A DNA stretch of 64,000 nucleotides from Candidatus Poribacteria bacterium (GTDB lineage Bacteria; Poribacteria; WGA-4E; WGA-3G). The translations under genes were made by a program, and so were the position numbers. The notes under the pieces were generated by a model that saw only the letters and a program-made list of their open reading frames with translations, ran no database searches and was not told the DNA's origin. How positions within the stretch are numbered: the first letter of the stretch is position 1; each line of letters begins with the position of its first letter. Location of the stretch: assembly GCA_012271015.1 (NCBI GenBank), contig JAAXHD010000315.1, positions 26,762 through 90,761 of the forward strand, read 5' to 3'. Of this stretch, positions 18,820-27,470 are shown piece after piece.

Positions 18820-21365
18820 CTACTTCAAGATAAGCATCCGCCGCGTCGCAGCGAAATCTCCTGCGGTAAGTGTGTAGAAATAGACACCACTTGCCACAGG
18901 CTCACCGAATTCGTTTCTACCATCCCAATACGCTGCACGGCTACGGCTCTCATACAGACCTGCGGGTTGATGTCCGAGTGCGAATCGTCGGACGATATAA
19001 CCATCGATCGCATAGATCGTTAACGTCACCTCTGCATCTTTGGCGAGTTGATACGGAATCCACGTCTCCGGATTGAACGGATTCGGATAGTTTGGCAAAA
19101 GGGCAGTCTCTTTCGGTATCAACGCTACGAGGAGTTGGTGTAAGAACAGGGTGCCGCGTTGTGCCTTTGTATCCATGAGGTCCAATTGCTGTGCCTGTGA
19201 CAACCAGAGTTTAACATCTGTTGCCGTGAGTATTCTAAGGCTTGGGGATGTAGAGAAGGTGCGGAGGTGCTATTGTCCAATGCACTCGCGACCAAAACGA
19301 GATCAGCAATATTGATGACACCATCACCGTTGACATCAGCAGCTTGACCCGTCTTCCCAAGATTTGAGGCGACTAATACCAAATCAGCGATGTTGACAGT
19401 GCCATCACCGTTTATATCTTCTTTGAGTCCGGTGGATTCCGTTACCTCCGCGTTCTCAACCTGTGGCACAAACGTCTCCCCTGTCCTGTTGGTTAGGAGC
19501 ACATCGGAAAGGGTCAAAATGGATGCCTTCACTGCGACGACTTCAAATGTAAGCGTTGCCAGAGTCCCGTCCCCATTGATTTCTCCAGCGAGAGACGCTG
19601 TGTTCAGCTTGACAAGACTACCCGCTACTTTCGGTTCCACAAAGAACGCACTCGCGGGCAGAAAATCACCATTGGTACTTGAGACATAGCGGAGTGCTGT
19701 CGTATCAAACGACACGGTTGCTTGATAGCCTGAGACATTTTCGCCGTTAGCGATTTTTAGGGACAACTTGAGTTGTTGACCGATATTAGGGGACTGTACA
19801 CTTATAGGCAAGAGACTCACCACTGTATTTGACGGGTCTCCTGTATCGCTATCAACAATTGGTTCAACAGACGGGGACGAAATTTTGTCCCTATTTTCTA
19901 AAAGGAAGTTGGCAATGAGTTCAGCAACAACCTTGCCTTTAGGATTTACCTCGTTAAAGGTTTGATAAACAATACCAATCCTTCCTCGATTACCATCTCG
20001 CACAATAACTGGATCCGCTCTGGTGGCTTGCGAGGTGCCTGTATTACTCGCAAGAACCTTTTCGGCAAACCAATCCCCGGTAAGTTCATCGAGGTGAAAA
20101 GCTCTATCGGATTTAAAATTTGTAAGACTTGGGGTAATCTCTTTGCCATCTTTCGTTACTACCATTGGCGTATTATTTTCCAACCCAAAGTCCCACATTG
20201 TGATATGTGGAATATCCATAATGTCTTGTAAAGTTTGGATACCGTTGTTGTCAACATAACCGAAGTAATCACCATGGTTAAGAATAGTATTTCCGTCAGT
20301 TGATTCAATCCAAATTTCTGCCACAGAACCGTCCGGTTGACTATTAGGAAACGGATAAATAGAAGTTGGTAGGATCCCGTAAAGAATTAAAACATCCACG
20401 TTACCATCTGAAGTTGTTTGAAGCATCCAGTTTCTAACAGCATCTTCGGTTTGAACGATTTCGGCTCGAATCCCTTTTGAATCAAGCAATTGCTTTGCCA
20501 TTTGAGATTGCCGATTGGCATCATCAAGACTCATCCAACTCACAGCCCCTGTATACATCAGAACCTCTATGTTAGACAAATCTTGTGAAATACTGTCCAT
20601 ATCGGCAGGCTCTTCTCCAGTGATAACATTAGGAGGTTCTTCTTGCAGAGTGATTTTTCTAAAAATCGGGCGACTATCTAATAGTACTGCTTCTTCCTTT
20701 AGCATCCGCATTCTATCACCCCATTCCTCAGTTGTATTACCCCATGCTACTACCCTACCATTTAATGATTCTGCTACATTATTATGTCCAGGATCAAGCG
20801 CAAATGCATGACCAAGTTCATGCGCAACTAATCCAAGATAATGATTAGGGAATTCTTTAATGTAATTCATGTTTACAGTAGCATTGCCACCCCATTTGCC
20901 AGCAAGCCATGTAAAACCCATACCTTGTGTACCTAGCAGATTCCTGTCCATCCGCACTCCTCCAACAACAATGAGATGCACATTATCACGAGAATTCCAA
21001 TTTTGCAGATTATTAAATTTGAAAGGAAACTCTGGCTCAATCAATTCTTTAAACATATCAAACATATCACTCCTGAAATAGTGATCGCCGTTATGCTTCG
21101 CATTAATAGTATGAATAATAAGGTTGTTATCTTTATCTGTTTCCAATGGAAATGTTTTATCAGTAAACCCATGTCGTGTCATTTCTGACTGATAATATTT
21201 CTGAATATCTTTCATTATTTTATCATGGTATTCATGATCTATGTCTGGAGCATCTGTTGGCTTAAAATATATAACATGAACATCGAATTTAGCAATGGAT
21301 GAAAGAGACGATACTGAAATTAATATTAGGATCAAAAACGTTAGCAGAAGTCGGAAGTGTTTCAT
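18820..21365 (-). pseudogene. frameshifted secreted zincin-like protein with cohesin-like module, two dockerin-like repeats and C-terminal sorting-type domain
   Basis: ORF 19125-21440 (signal peptide MKHFRLLLTFLILILISVSS from ATG 21363-21365; HELGHAF; cohesin-like GYQATVSFDTTALRYVS...GDGTLATLTFEV; DINGDGTVNIADLVLVASNLG, DVNGDGVINIADLVLVASAL) loses homology to its paralog 30215-32962 after ...ALDNSTSAP. The homologous tail (LWLSQAQQLD...LLPNYPNPFNPETWIPYQL...VYFYTLTAGDFAATRRMLILK) continues in another frame (ORF 18820-19203, open from 19269). The frame switch must lie in 19236-19269, which contains a GGGG run at 19244-19247. Confidence 0.65.
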
Positions 21366-21500
21366 GAAGGTTGCCTTTGTTAACGTGAGTTTGAAAATAA
21401 AAATTGAAGCGTCTTGTAGGTGTTTTATTCTGCAATCCACGTTTAATTATCAAACTCACGTTTTGTTACATATGAGAGTCTATCATAATTGTAAAAAACC

Positions 21501-22304
21501 TCAATCATAGTTACTCGGTCGATGATCACCGAGGAGCCGTCTCTGCTGAGAGTTCGCTTGCCCAAGGATAGATTCGTCAAACTGAAATTTGTTCAAATAA
21601 GGTGGGTATTTCTGTGTAATCATACGCATGGCATAGTGTACCTGCAAGAGGTAACGGGTTTCGTCACTCGTATTGGCAGAACCCCGATGCCAGACTTCAC
21701 TACGGAAAAGCACCACATCCCCCGCATTGCATAGGATACTCTCTTCGCCTCGATTGTTCCACTCGGTCGCCCCGTTTGGAGAACACCCAGAGAAATGGCT
21801 GCCCGGGACAAACTTCGTCGGTCCCAACTCCTCATACATATCATTGAGGTAGTAATGGGCGGTAGTGATGAAGATTGGGACTTTGACGCGTGGGTCGGAA
21901 CGAATCTCTGGGGGTAGACCAATCGGCAGCCAATCCGTGTGTAGCCCTTGATCCGGACGTCCGGGCCCTGTTATCCACGATTGCATACCGATACAGTGAC
22001 AATCCTCACCGTGTGCCGCCTCGGCGACTTCAATAATCGGTAATTTGTCAAGGAATTGAATATACAACGGATCCCGATTAAACGAGTTGTTGATGATTTT
22101 GTTGAGAAATGTGTCGCCATTTTGAGGCGTTTGATGCCGATCCAAGCACTCAGGGATCGCCTCTAATCGATCCATGGTGGCTCGCAACTCGGCGACTTCT
22201 TCAGCATTAAGCACACCGGGGAAATAAACATAACCATCCCTTTCAAGGGCTTCAACTTGGCTTTCTAAATCGTTGTAGGCTACGAGTGAGAGGGCTTTCG
22301 CCAT
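21501..22304 (-). CDS. phytanoyl-CoA dioxygenase (PhyH) family oxygenase, paralog A
   Basis: LERDGYVYFPGVLNAEEVAEL, GLHTDWLPI, FRSEVWHRGSANTS. AGGAGG lies 7 nt before the ATG. Confidence 0.8.
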   Translation of the reverse strand: MAKALSLVAYNDLESQVEALERDGYVYFPGVLNAEEVAELRATMDRLEAIPECLDRHQTPQNGDTFLNKIINNSFNRDPLYIQFLDKLPIIEVAEAAHGEDCHCIGMQSWITGPGRPDQGLHTDWLPIGLPPEIRSDPRVKVPIFITTAHYYLNDMYEELGPTKFVPGSHFSGCSPNGATEWNNRGEESILCNAGDVVLFRSEVWHRGSANTSDETRYLLQVHYAMRMITQKYPPYLNKFQFDESILGQANSQQRRLLGDHRPSNYD

Positions 22305-22798
22305 TTTTAGTCCTCCTTGAAGGTTTCAAAAATTGTCCAAGGTTTAGTAATTTAAGACGCACTGCTGGCTATCCAATCACCTGCATCCAGTAATGACACT
22401 CCTCAAATAGAAATACTAATCAATAGGAGAAATGCGGGTTTTATACCGATGGAGATTAAACGCGTTTTCATTGATACTCCTCTGTTAAAGTTTGTTAATC
22501 TAATGTGAGTTGGATAAGAAAAATATGGTAGAAAGATGCCCGCCATGAGTCGCCTCGGTAACGAACTATAAGAATTATACCACAACATCATAAGTCCTGT
22601 CAAAACTTCGCTGGAGGGTGCTGCAGGTATTAATTTGCTAAAACGTGAAAGATGTGTTAAACTTAAAATGATATGATTTCACTGGGGCAATAAACGGGTC
22701 CGTATCGCTAAAAAGCGATAGAGGTTTAGCGTTTAGCATAGAGAGCTATATTGCTTATACCCTAAAATGTATTATCGCATCTAAATTGTGTCTATCAA

Positions 22799-23122
22799 GT
22801 GAACATACAAATCATCCGTAACCGAATTTGCGAAGGCGATTATCTTATAAAACCCCATGCTGTCCAACATGCTCTGAAAGAGGGCTTTGAACGTAAACAC
22901 ATGGTTGAAGCGATTCTCAGTGGTACCATAATCGAAGAATATTTCGACGTACAGCGAGTCTTAATTTGTGGACATACCAGTTTAGACAACACCACAATTT
23001 ATTTGCATATTGTTTGTGAATATGTTGATCCTGTCTATGTTGAATTTGTGACAGCTTATATTCCCGATGAAGGGCAATGGGAACCGCCAGCCTTTAAGCG
23101 TCGGAGACGTAAAAAGAGATAA
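22799..23122 (+). CDS. DUF4258-like toxin candidate
   Basis: GTG start. The pattern IKPHAVQHALKEGFERKHMVEAILSGTIIEEY ... TTIYLHIVCEY ... VTAYIPDEGQWE ... KRRRRKKR matches the usual DUF4258 layout. It sits 3 nt before the next ORF. Confidence 0.55.
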   Translation: MNIQIIRNRICEGDYLIKPHAVQHALKEGFERKHMVEAILSGTIIEEYFDVQRVLICGHTSLDNTTIYLHIVCEYVDPVYVEFVTAYIPDEGQWEPPAFKRRRRKKR

Positions 23123-23125
23123 CTT

Positions 23126-23389
23126 ATGACCCCTAAACCATCCCCAGTTTGCACACAACATAATACAGAAAAAGTATGGCAACAGACCGTGTTTGAATAC
23201 AATGAGGATGGCATATCTGTCCGAGTCCAGAATGTCTGGGCATGGGTATGTCCGGAGGATGGCGAACCCTCTTTTACGCCGGAGACAATGGATGCACTGC
23301 TGGTCACGGTCAGAGAACTTGTTGATACCGCTAAACGTGCAAGACAGCGGAGTCCTGCACTAACTGAATACGCTGTTGCTGTTGGATAA
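23126..23389 (+). CDS. YgiT/MqsA-type zinc-ribbon antitoxin candidate (degenerate ligands)
   Basis: VCTQHN ... ISVRVQNVWAWVCPEDGEPSFTPETMDALLVTVRELVDTAKRAR follows the YgiT-type layout (knuckle, beta-hairpin, knuckle, helix). It has C-x2-H and C-x2-D in place of two C-x2-C pairs. Confidence 0.5.
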   Translation: MTPKPSPVCTQHNTEKVWQQTVFEYNEDGISVRVQNVWAWVCPEDGEPSFTPETMDALLVTVRELVDTAKRARQRSPALTEYAVAVG

Positions 23390-23453
23390 AATCGATTTTC
23401 TGGATGGATATAAACAAATCCAGCAAGGACCCACCTCAAATTATACGTTCCTT

Positions 23454-24257
23454 TCAATCGTAGTTACTGGGTCGATGGTCGCCCATGAGCCGCTTCTGTC
23501 GAGCGGTGGCTTGGGCGAGAATCGATGCATCGAACTGAAACTTATTCAGATAGGGCGGATACTTCTGTGTAATCATCCGCTGGGCATAGTGGACCTGCAT
23601 GAGATAACGGACTTCGGCACTCGTATTCGCAGAGCCACGATGCCAGACTTCACTACGGAAAAGCACCACATCCCCCGCATTGCATAGGATACTCTCTTCG
23701 CCTCGATTGTTCCACTCGGTCGCCCCGTTTGGAGAACACCCAGAGAAATGGCTGCCCGGGACAAACTTCGTCGGTCCCAACTCCTCATACATATCATTGA
23801 GGTAGTAATGGGCGGTAGTGATGAAGATTGGGACTTTGACGCGTGGGTCGGAACGAATCTCTGCCGGTAGGGAGATTGGCAGCCAATCGGTATGTAATCC
23901 CTGCTCCGGACGTCCGGGTCCCGTCAGCCACGAATGCATACCGATGCAATGGAAATCCTCACCGTGTGCCGCCTCGGCGACTTCAAAAACGGGGGATCTG
24001 TCAAGGAATTGGAGATACAAAGGGTCTCGATTAAACGAGTTGCTGATGAGCTTGTGGAGGAATGTGTCGCCATTTTGAGGTGTTTCGTCCCGATCGTGAG
24101 ACGCTGGAATTGCCTCTAATCGATCCATAGTGGCTCGCAATTCGGCGACTTCCTCAGCATCAAGCACACTCGGAAAATAGACATAACCATCCCTTTCAAG
24201 GGCTTCAACTTGGCTTTCTAAATCGCTGTAGGCAATCAGCGAAAGGGCTTTCGCCAT
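23454..24257 (-). CDS. phytanoyl-CoA dioxygenase (PhyH) family oxygenase, paralog B
   Basis: Same length and motifs as paralog A. Start moved to ATG 24255-24257 (MAKALSL..., AGGAG upstream), matching paralog A. Confidence 0.8.
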   Translation of the reverse strand: MAKALSLIAYSDLESQVEALERDGYVYFPSVLDAEEVAELRATMDRLEAIPASHDRDETPQNGDTFLHKLISNSFNRDPLYLQFLDRSPVFEVAEAAHGEDFHCIGMHSWLTGPGRPEQGLHTDWLPISLPAEIRSDPRVKVPIFITTAHYYLNDMYEELGPTKFVPGSHFSGCSPNGATEWNNRGEESILCNAGDVVLFRSEVWHRGSANTSAEVRYLMQVHYAQRMITQKYPPYLNKFQFDASILAQATARQKRLMGDHRPSNYD

Positions 24258-24304
24258 TTTTACTACTCCTTTCAAACGATAGCAACGGGTCACTGCTCAT
24301 CGCT

Positions 24305-24334
24305 ATGATATGTTAACCCCAACGAAGTTGTCAA
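24305..24334 (-). promoter_or_regulatory. candidate sigma-70 promoter of PhyH paralog B
   Basis: The minus strand reads TTGACA (24334-24329), an 18-nt spacer, then TATCAT (24310-24305), about 50 nt upstream of the ATG. Confidence 0.35.
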
Positions 24335-24414
24335 TGAAAAACGTGTCGGAGTTGGATTTCAAACACCGGGATTTCTTCTAAGGTCACCACAAAGCCATTA
24401 CCTCGATACCTCAA

Positions 24415-26580
24415 CTATACCGCCTTGAGTTTTCGCCATAGGGTTGTCCGACTGATCCCCAAACGTTGCGCAGCGAGTTGTGGCTTTCCATCGGACTCCT
24501 CCAAAACCCGTTGAACTAATTCACGTTCCAATGCCGCAAGTGGGTTGCTTTCCCTGAGTGCCTGCGTAACAATATCGTCTCTCGAGGAAATAAGGTCGAT
24601 CGGTAGATGTTGTTTTTCAATGCTGCCGCCCTGACATTTGACGAACGCGTGCTCTATAATATTTTCTAACTCTCGCACATTGCCGGGGTAAGTATAATCC
24701 ATTAAGATTTCAAGGGCATCGGGTGAGGTGCGATGAATCGGTTTCTGTGTCTGTTGACTGAATTTTTCGATGAAGTGCTCAATGAGGAGTGGGAGGTCAT
24801 CTCGTCTTTCACGTAGTGGCGGCGGGGTAATCGGGACGACGTTGAGCCTGTAGTATAAATCCTCGCGGAAACGCCCTGCATCAATTTCTGTTTTCAGGAT
24901 TCGATTTGTCGCTGCAATGACACGGACATCTACTTTCTTTGTCTCCGTTGAACCTACCATTTCATATTCGCCTTCTTGCAAGACGCGGAGCAACTTTGCT
25001 TGTGTCCCGAGACTTAACTCACCGATTTCATCAAGGAAAAGGGTGCCGCCATCCGCAGCAGCGAATCGTCCTTCGCGCGTTGCGATAGCATCGGTAAACG
25101 CCCCTCTGACATGTCCAAAGAGTTCACTCTCCAGTAAATTGTCAACCAAGCCAGCGCAATTGACGCGAATGAAGGGTTTTTTCGCCCTCTCGCTATTGTC
25201 GTGGATTGCGTGAGCGATCGGTTCTTTGCCGGTACCGCTTTCACCTTGAATCAGGACGGTCGTTTTCATGGGAGCAACGAGCCGAATTAACTCGAAAATC
25301 TCCCACATTTTCCGATTTTTTCCGATGAGATTCCCAAAGGAATGGCGCGCCTTGAGTTGGGCACTGAGTGCCTTTACCTCCGAGAGATCGCGCGCAAACC
25401 CCTGGATGAATTCTCCTTCGTCATGCGCAATTCGGATCGCACGAATTTCCAAGGATAAACGGTTTTTGTTTTTACGGGACAGTTTCGTTTGGAAAGTAAT
25501 AGGATTCCGTTGGTCGAGTCCTTTGAGCGTTTCGCGGATGCTTTGGAATTCATCAGGTGGCATTAGATCACACAGTGACAGATTGACGAGTTCTTGGTGT
25601 GTGTAACCGAGCCATGCACAGAAATTTTCGTTTACGGTAATAAACACTTCTGTGAGTGATGGGCAAATGAAAATTGCGTCGTTGGACATCTCAAAAAGTG
25701 TACGGTAGCGTTTGTTGTTTTCTGCAAGTTTGTCTGTCCAATTCCCTTTTTCAATAAGAATCGAGAGTTGTCCGGCAATCGGTTTAAGTCGCCCAATATG
25801 CGCCTCGGAGAATGCTCGGGGTTGTTCACTGGTGAAAAAGACGACCCCAATGGGTTTACCCTGCACTTTAAGGGGAAGCGTCAGATTTGAGCGCATCCCC
25901 TCTTGGACCATCAATCTTGTCCAGTTCGTCGGTCTTCTTGCGAGAATTTCCTTAAAATCGTCAATAATCCGCGCTTCACCTGAATTGAGGATAGGCTCAA
26001 GGCTTGACCCTTTGATCTTTGCTGAAAACCCGTTGTCCAGCAAGATTTTTCTGTTGGATTTCGTTTTGCACTGCACTAAATCACCGGAGGACTCGTCAAT
26101 GAGTGCTATTCCTAATCGGTTATGCGGCACTATGTTCTGAAGTCCAGCGTAGATATTCTCAAAGACTTCATCGAGTGTCTTTCCGAGCTGAATCTGCTCA
26201 AGGATTCCATAGATATGATCAGCTTCAACGGTTTGGTTGAGAACGGTATCTTCGAGCCTGTTGTTTACTGGAGCTTCAGGGGGAATTGCGATCTGAAGGG
26301 TATCTCCATGAACCCGGAGTGGGTAGGTTCGGAGATTCGGCGTGGTAATCGGACATCCACTTTTCAGATTGTATTGCCAACCGTGCCACGGACAGGTAAC
26401 GACTTCACCCGCCAGTGTTCCCTCATTGAGCGGTCCTCCCTGATGCGGACAGGTGTTATTGATCGCATAAAATTCTGTACCCGTGTTAAAGATTGCGATG
26501 TCTTCATCGTCCAATTTGATGACGATATTCTGTCCCGGTTCAACTGCAGATGTTTTAACGACATTAATCCACTTCACCAT
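24415..26580 (-). CDS. sigma-54-dependent enhancer-binding protein with N-terminal Rieske [2Fe-2S] domain (Rieske-GAF-PAS-AAA+-HTH)
   Basis: Rieske boxes NNTCPHQGGPL and VVTCPWHGWQY. GAF-like and PAS-like segments. AAA+ core with GESGTGKE, GAFTDA, DEIGEL. C-terminal AAQRLGISRTTLWRKLK. GGAGGG lies before the ATG. Confidence 0.8.
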   Translation of the reverse strand: MVKWINVVKTSAVEPGQNIVIKLDDEDIAIFNTGTEFYAINNTCPHQGGPLNEGTLAGEVVTCPWHGWQYNLKSGCPITTPNLRTYPLRVHGDTLQIAIPPEAPVNNRLEDTVLNQTVEADHIYGILEQIQLGKTLDEVFENIYAGLQNIVPHNRLGIALIDESSGDLVQCKTKSNRKILLDNGFSAKIKGSSLEPILNSGEARIIDDFKEILARRPTNWTRLMVQEGMRSNLTLPLKVQGKPIGVVFFTSEQPRAFSEAHIGRLKPIAGQLSILIEKGNWTDKLAENNKRYRTLFEMSNDAIFICPSLTEVFITVNENFCAWLGYTHQELVNLSLCDLMPPDEFQSIRETLKGLDQRNPITFQTKLSRKNKNRLSLEIRAIRIAHDEGEFIQGFARDLSEVKALSAQLKARHSFGNLIGKNRKMWEIFELIRLVAPMKTTVLIQGESGTGKEPIAHAIHDNSERAKKPFIRVNCAGLVDNLLESELFGHVRGAFTDAIATREGRFAAADGGTLFLDEIGELSLGTQAKLLRVLQEGEYEMVGSTETKKVDVRVIAATNRILKTEIDAGRFREDLYYRLNVVPITPPPLRERRDDLPLLIEHFIEKFSQQTQKPIHRTSPDALEILMDYTYPGNVRELENIIEHAFVKCQGGSIEKQHLPIDLISSRDDIVTQALRESNPLAALERELVQRVLEESDGKPQLAAQRLGISRTTLWRKLKAV

Positions 26581-26621
26581 TTCCCTCCATGCGTGAACGG
26601 GATTCGTTATCTATAGGTTAC

Positions 26622-26650
26622 AGACTATCACACAGTAACGCGAATGTCAA
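26622..26650 (-). promoter_or_regulatory. candidate sigma-70 promoter of the enhancer-binding protein gene
   Basis: The minus strand reads TTGACA (26650-26645), a 17-nt spacer, then TAGTCT (26627-26622), about 40 nt upstream of the ATG at 26580. Confidence 0.4.
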
Positions 26651-26656
26651 GAGTTT

Positions 26657-26681
26657 TGTTTCAAAAATGAAAATTGTTTCA
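26657..26681. promoter_or_regulatory. candidate upstream activator site 1
   Basis: TGTTTCA-aaaa-TGAAAAT (one mismatch from a perfect palindrome), immediately followed by a third TGTTTCA half-site. Confidence 0.4.
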
Positions 26682-26732
26682 TTTGTGCAATAACCTTTAT
26701 TTCTAAGACCCCTAAGCAATTCGCTTGGGTTT

Positions 26733-26750
26733 TGTTTCAGATTTGAAACA
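26733..26750. promoter_or_regulatory. candidate upstream activator site 2
   Basis: Perfect palindrome TGTTTCA-gatt-TGAAACA, about 80 bp upstream of the -24 element. Confidence 0.45.
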
Positions 26751-26825
26751 CATCGGTAAAATCTGGAATTTCGTTTTAACCCGTAAAACGTTGATATATC
26801 TCAATTATGTAAGAACCTAAACACT

Positions 26826-26840
26826 TGGCACCAAACTTGC
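26826..26840 (+). promoter_or_regulatory. sigma-54 (-24/-12) promoter
   Basis: Exact TGGCAC-N5-TTGC (TGGCACcaaacTTGC), about 85 nt upstream of the ATG at 26927 and divergent from a sigma-54 activator gene. Confidence 0.7.
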
Positions 26841-26926
26841 TACCTTATTGCTAAAGACAAAAGATAGTTAACCCGATTTTGAGTTAGACGATAAGGTTTA
26901 ACTCAAAACTTCAGGAGGATCTAAAA

Positions 26927-27337
26927 ATGAGCCGTTATCTTGAACACGCCAACATGACCGTGAATGACCTTGAAAAAGCAATTGATTTCCTAACAACCGC
27001 CTTTCCAGATTTTCGCGTCAGGGGTGGTGGTGATAATGCGAACGGAACGAAATGGTGTCACCTTGGGACTGACGATTTTTACATTGCATTGTCAGACCGC
27101 ACGCATCCCTTCACAGGTGAGCGGGAAGGGACCTATGTGAACCATCTCGGTTTTGCTGTCGATGACGCTGAAGGTATCCGGGAACGTATGTTGGCTGCCG
27201 GATATAAAGAAGGTTACAAAGTCGGACCCCATCCTTACCGAAAACGGATCTATTTCATTGATGCGGATGGTTTTGAATGGGAGTTCGTCGAGTACTTCAC
27301 GGATGATCCAGCGAAACGGAACGATTATTCACAGTGA
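26927..27337 (+). CDS. VOC (glyoxalase/bleomycin-resistance/extradiol dioxygenase fold) protein
   Basis: LEHANMTVNDLEKAIDFL, VNHLGFAVDD, IYFIDADGFEWEFVEY. AGGAGG lies before the ATG. Confidence 0.7.
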   Translation: MSRYLEHANMTVNDLEKAIDFLTTAFPDFRVRGGGDNANGTKWCHLGTDDFYIALSDRTHPFTGEREGTYVNHLGFAVDDAEGIRERMLAAGYKEGYKVGPHPYRKRIYFIDADGFEWEFVEYFTDDPAKRNDYSQ

Positions 27338-27374
27338 AAATAAATTCTGTTCTGGATGCAGTGCTTATTAAAAC

Positions 27375-27414
27375 TTGTAGGGTTCAGGCATGGTGCTTGC
27401 CCTACAAATTTTTT
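27375..27414 (+). terminator. rho-independent terminator
   Basis: 8-bp stem TTGTAGGG / CCCTACAA with a 17-nt loop, followed by ATTTTTT, 38 nt after the VOC stop codon. Confidence 0.6.
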
Positions 27415-27470
27415 GCTGCTGTGCTGGATATTCTAAGGGAATGTGTGTGGAATTTAATGACCTATTTGGC

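Noticed and set aside
19236-19269. Programmed -1 ribosomal frameshift in the zincin gene
   Set aside because: I found no X-XXY-YYZ slippery heptamer and no obvious downstream pseudoknot or hairpin. An indel at the GGGG run or a true pseudogene is the simpler explanation.
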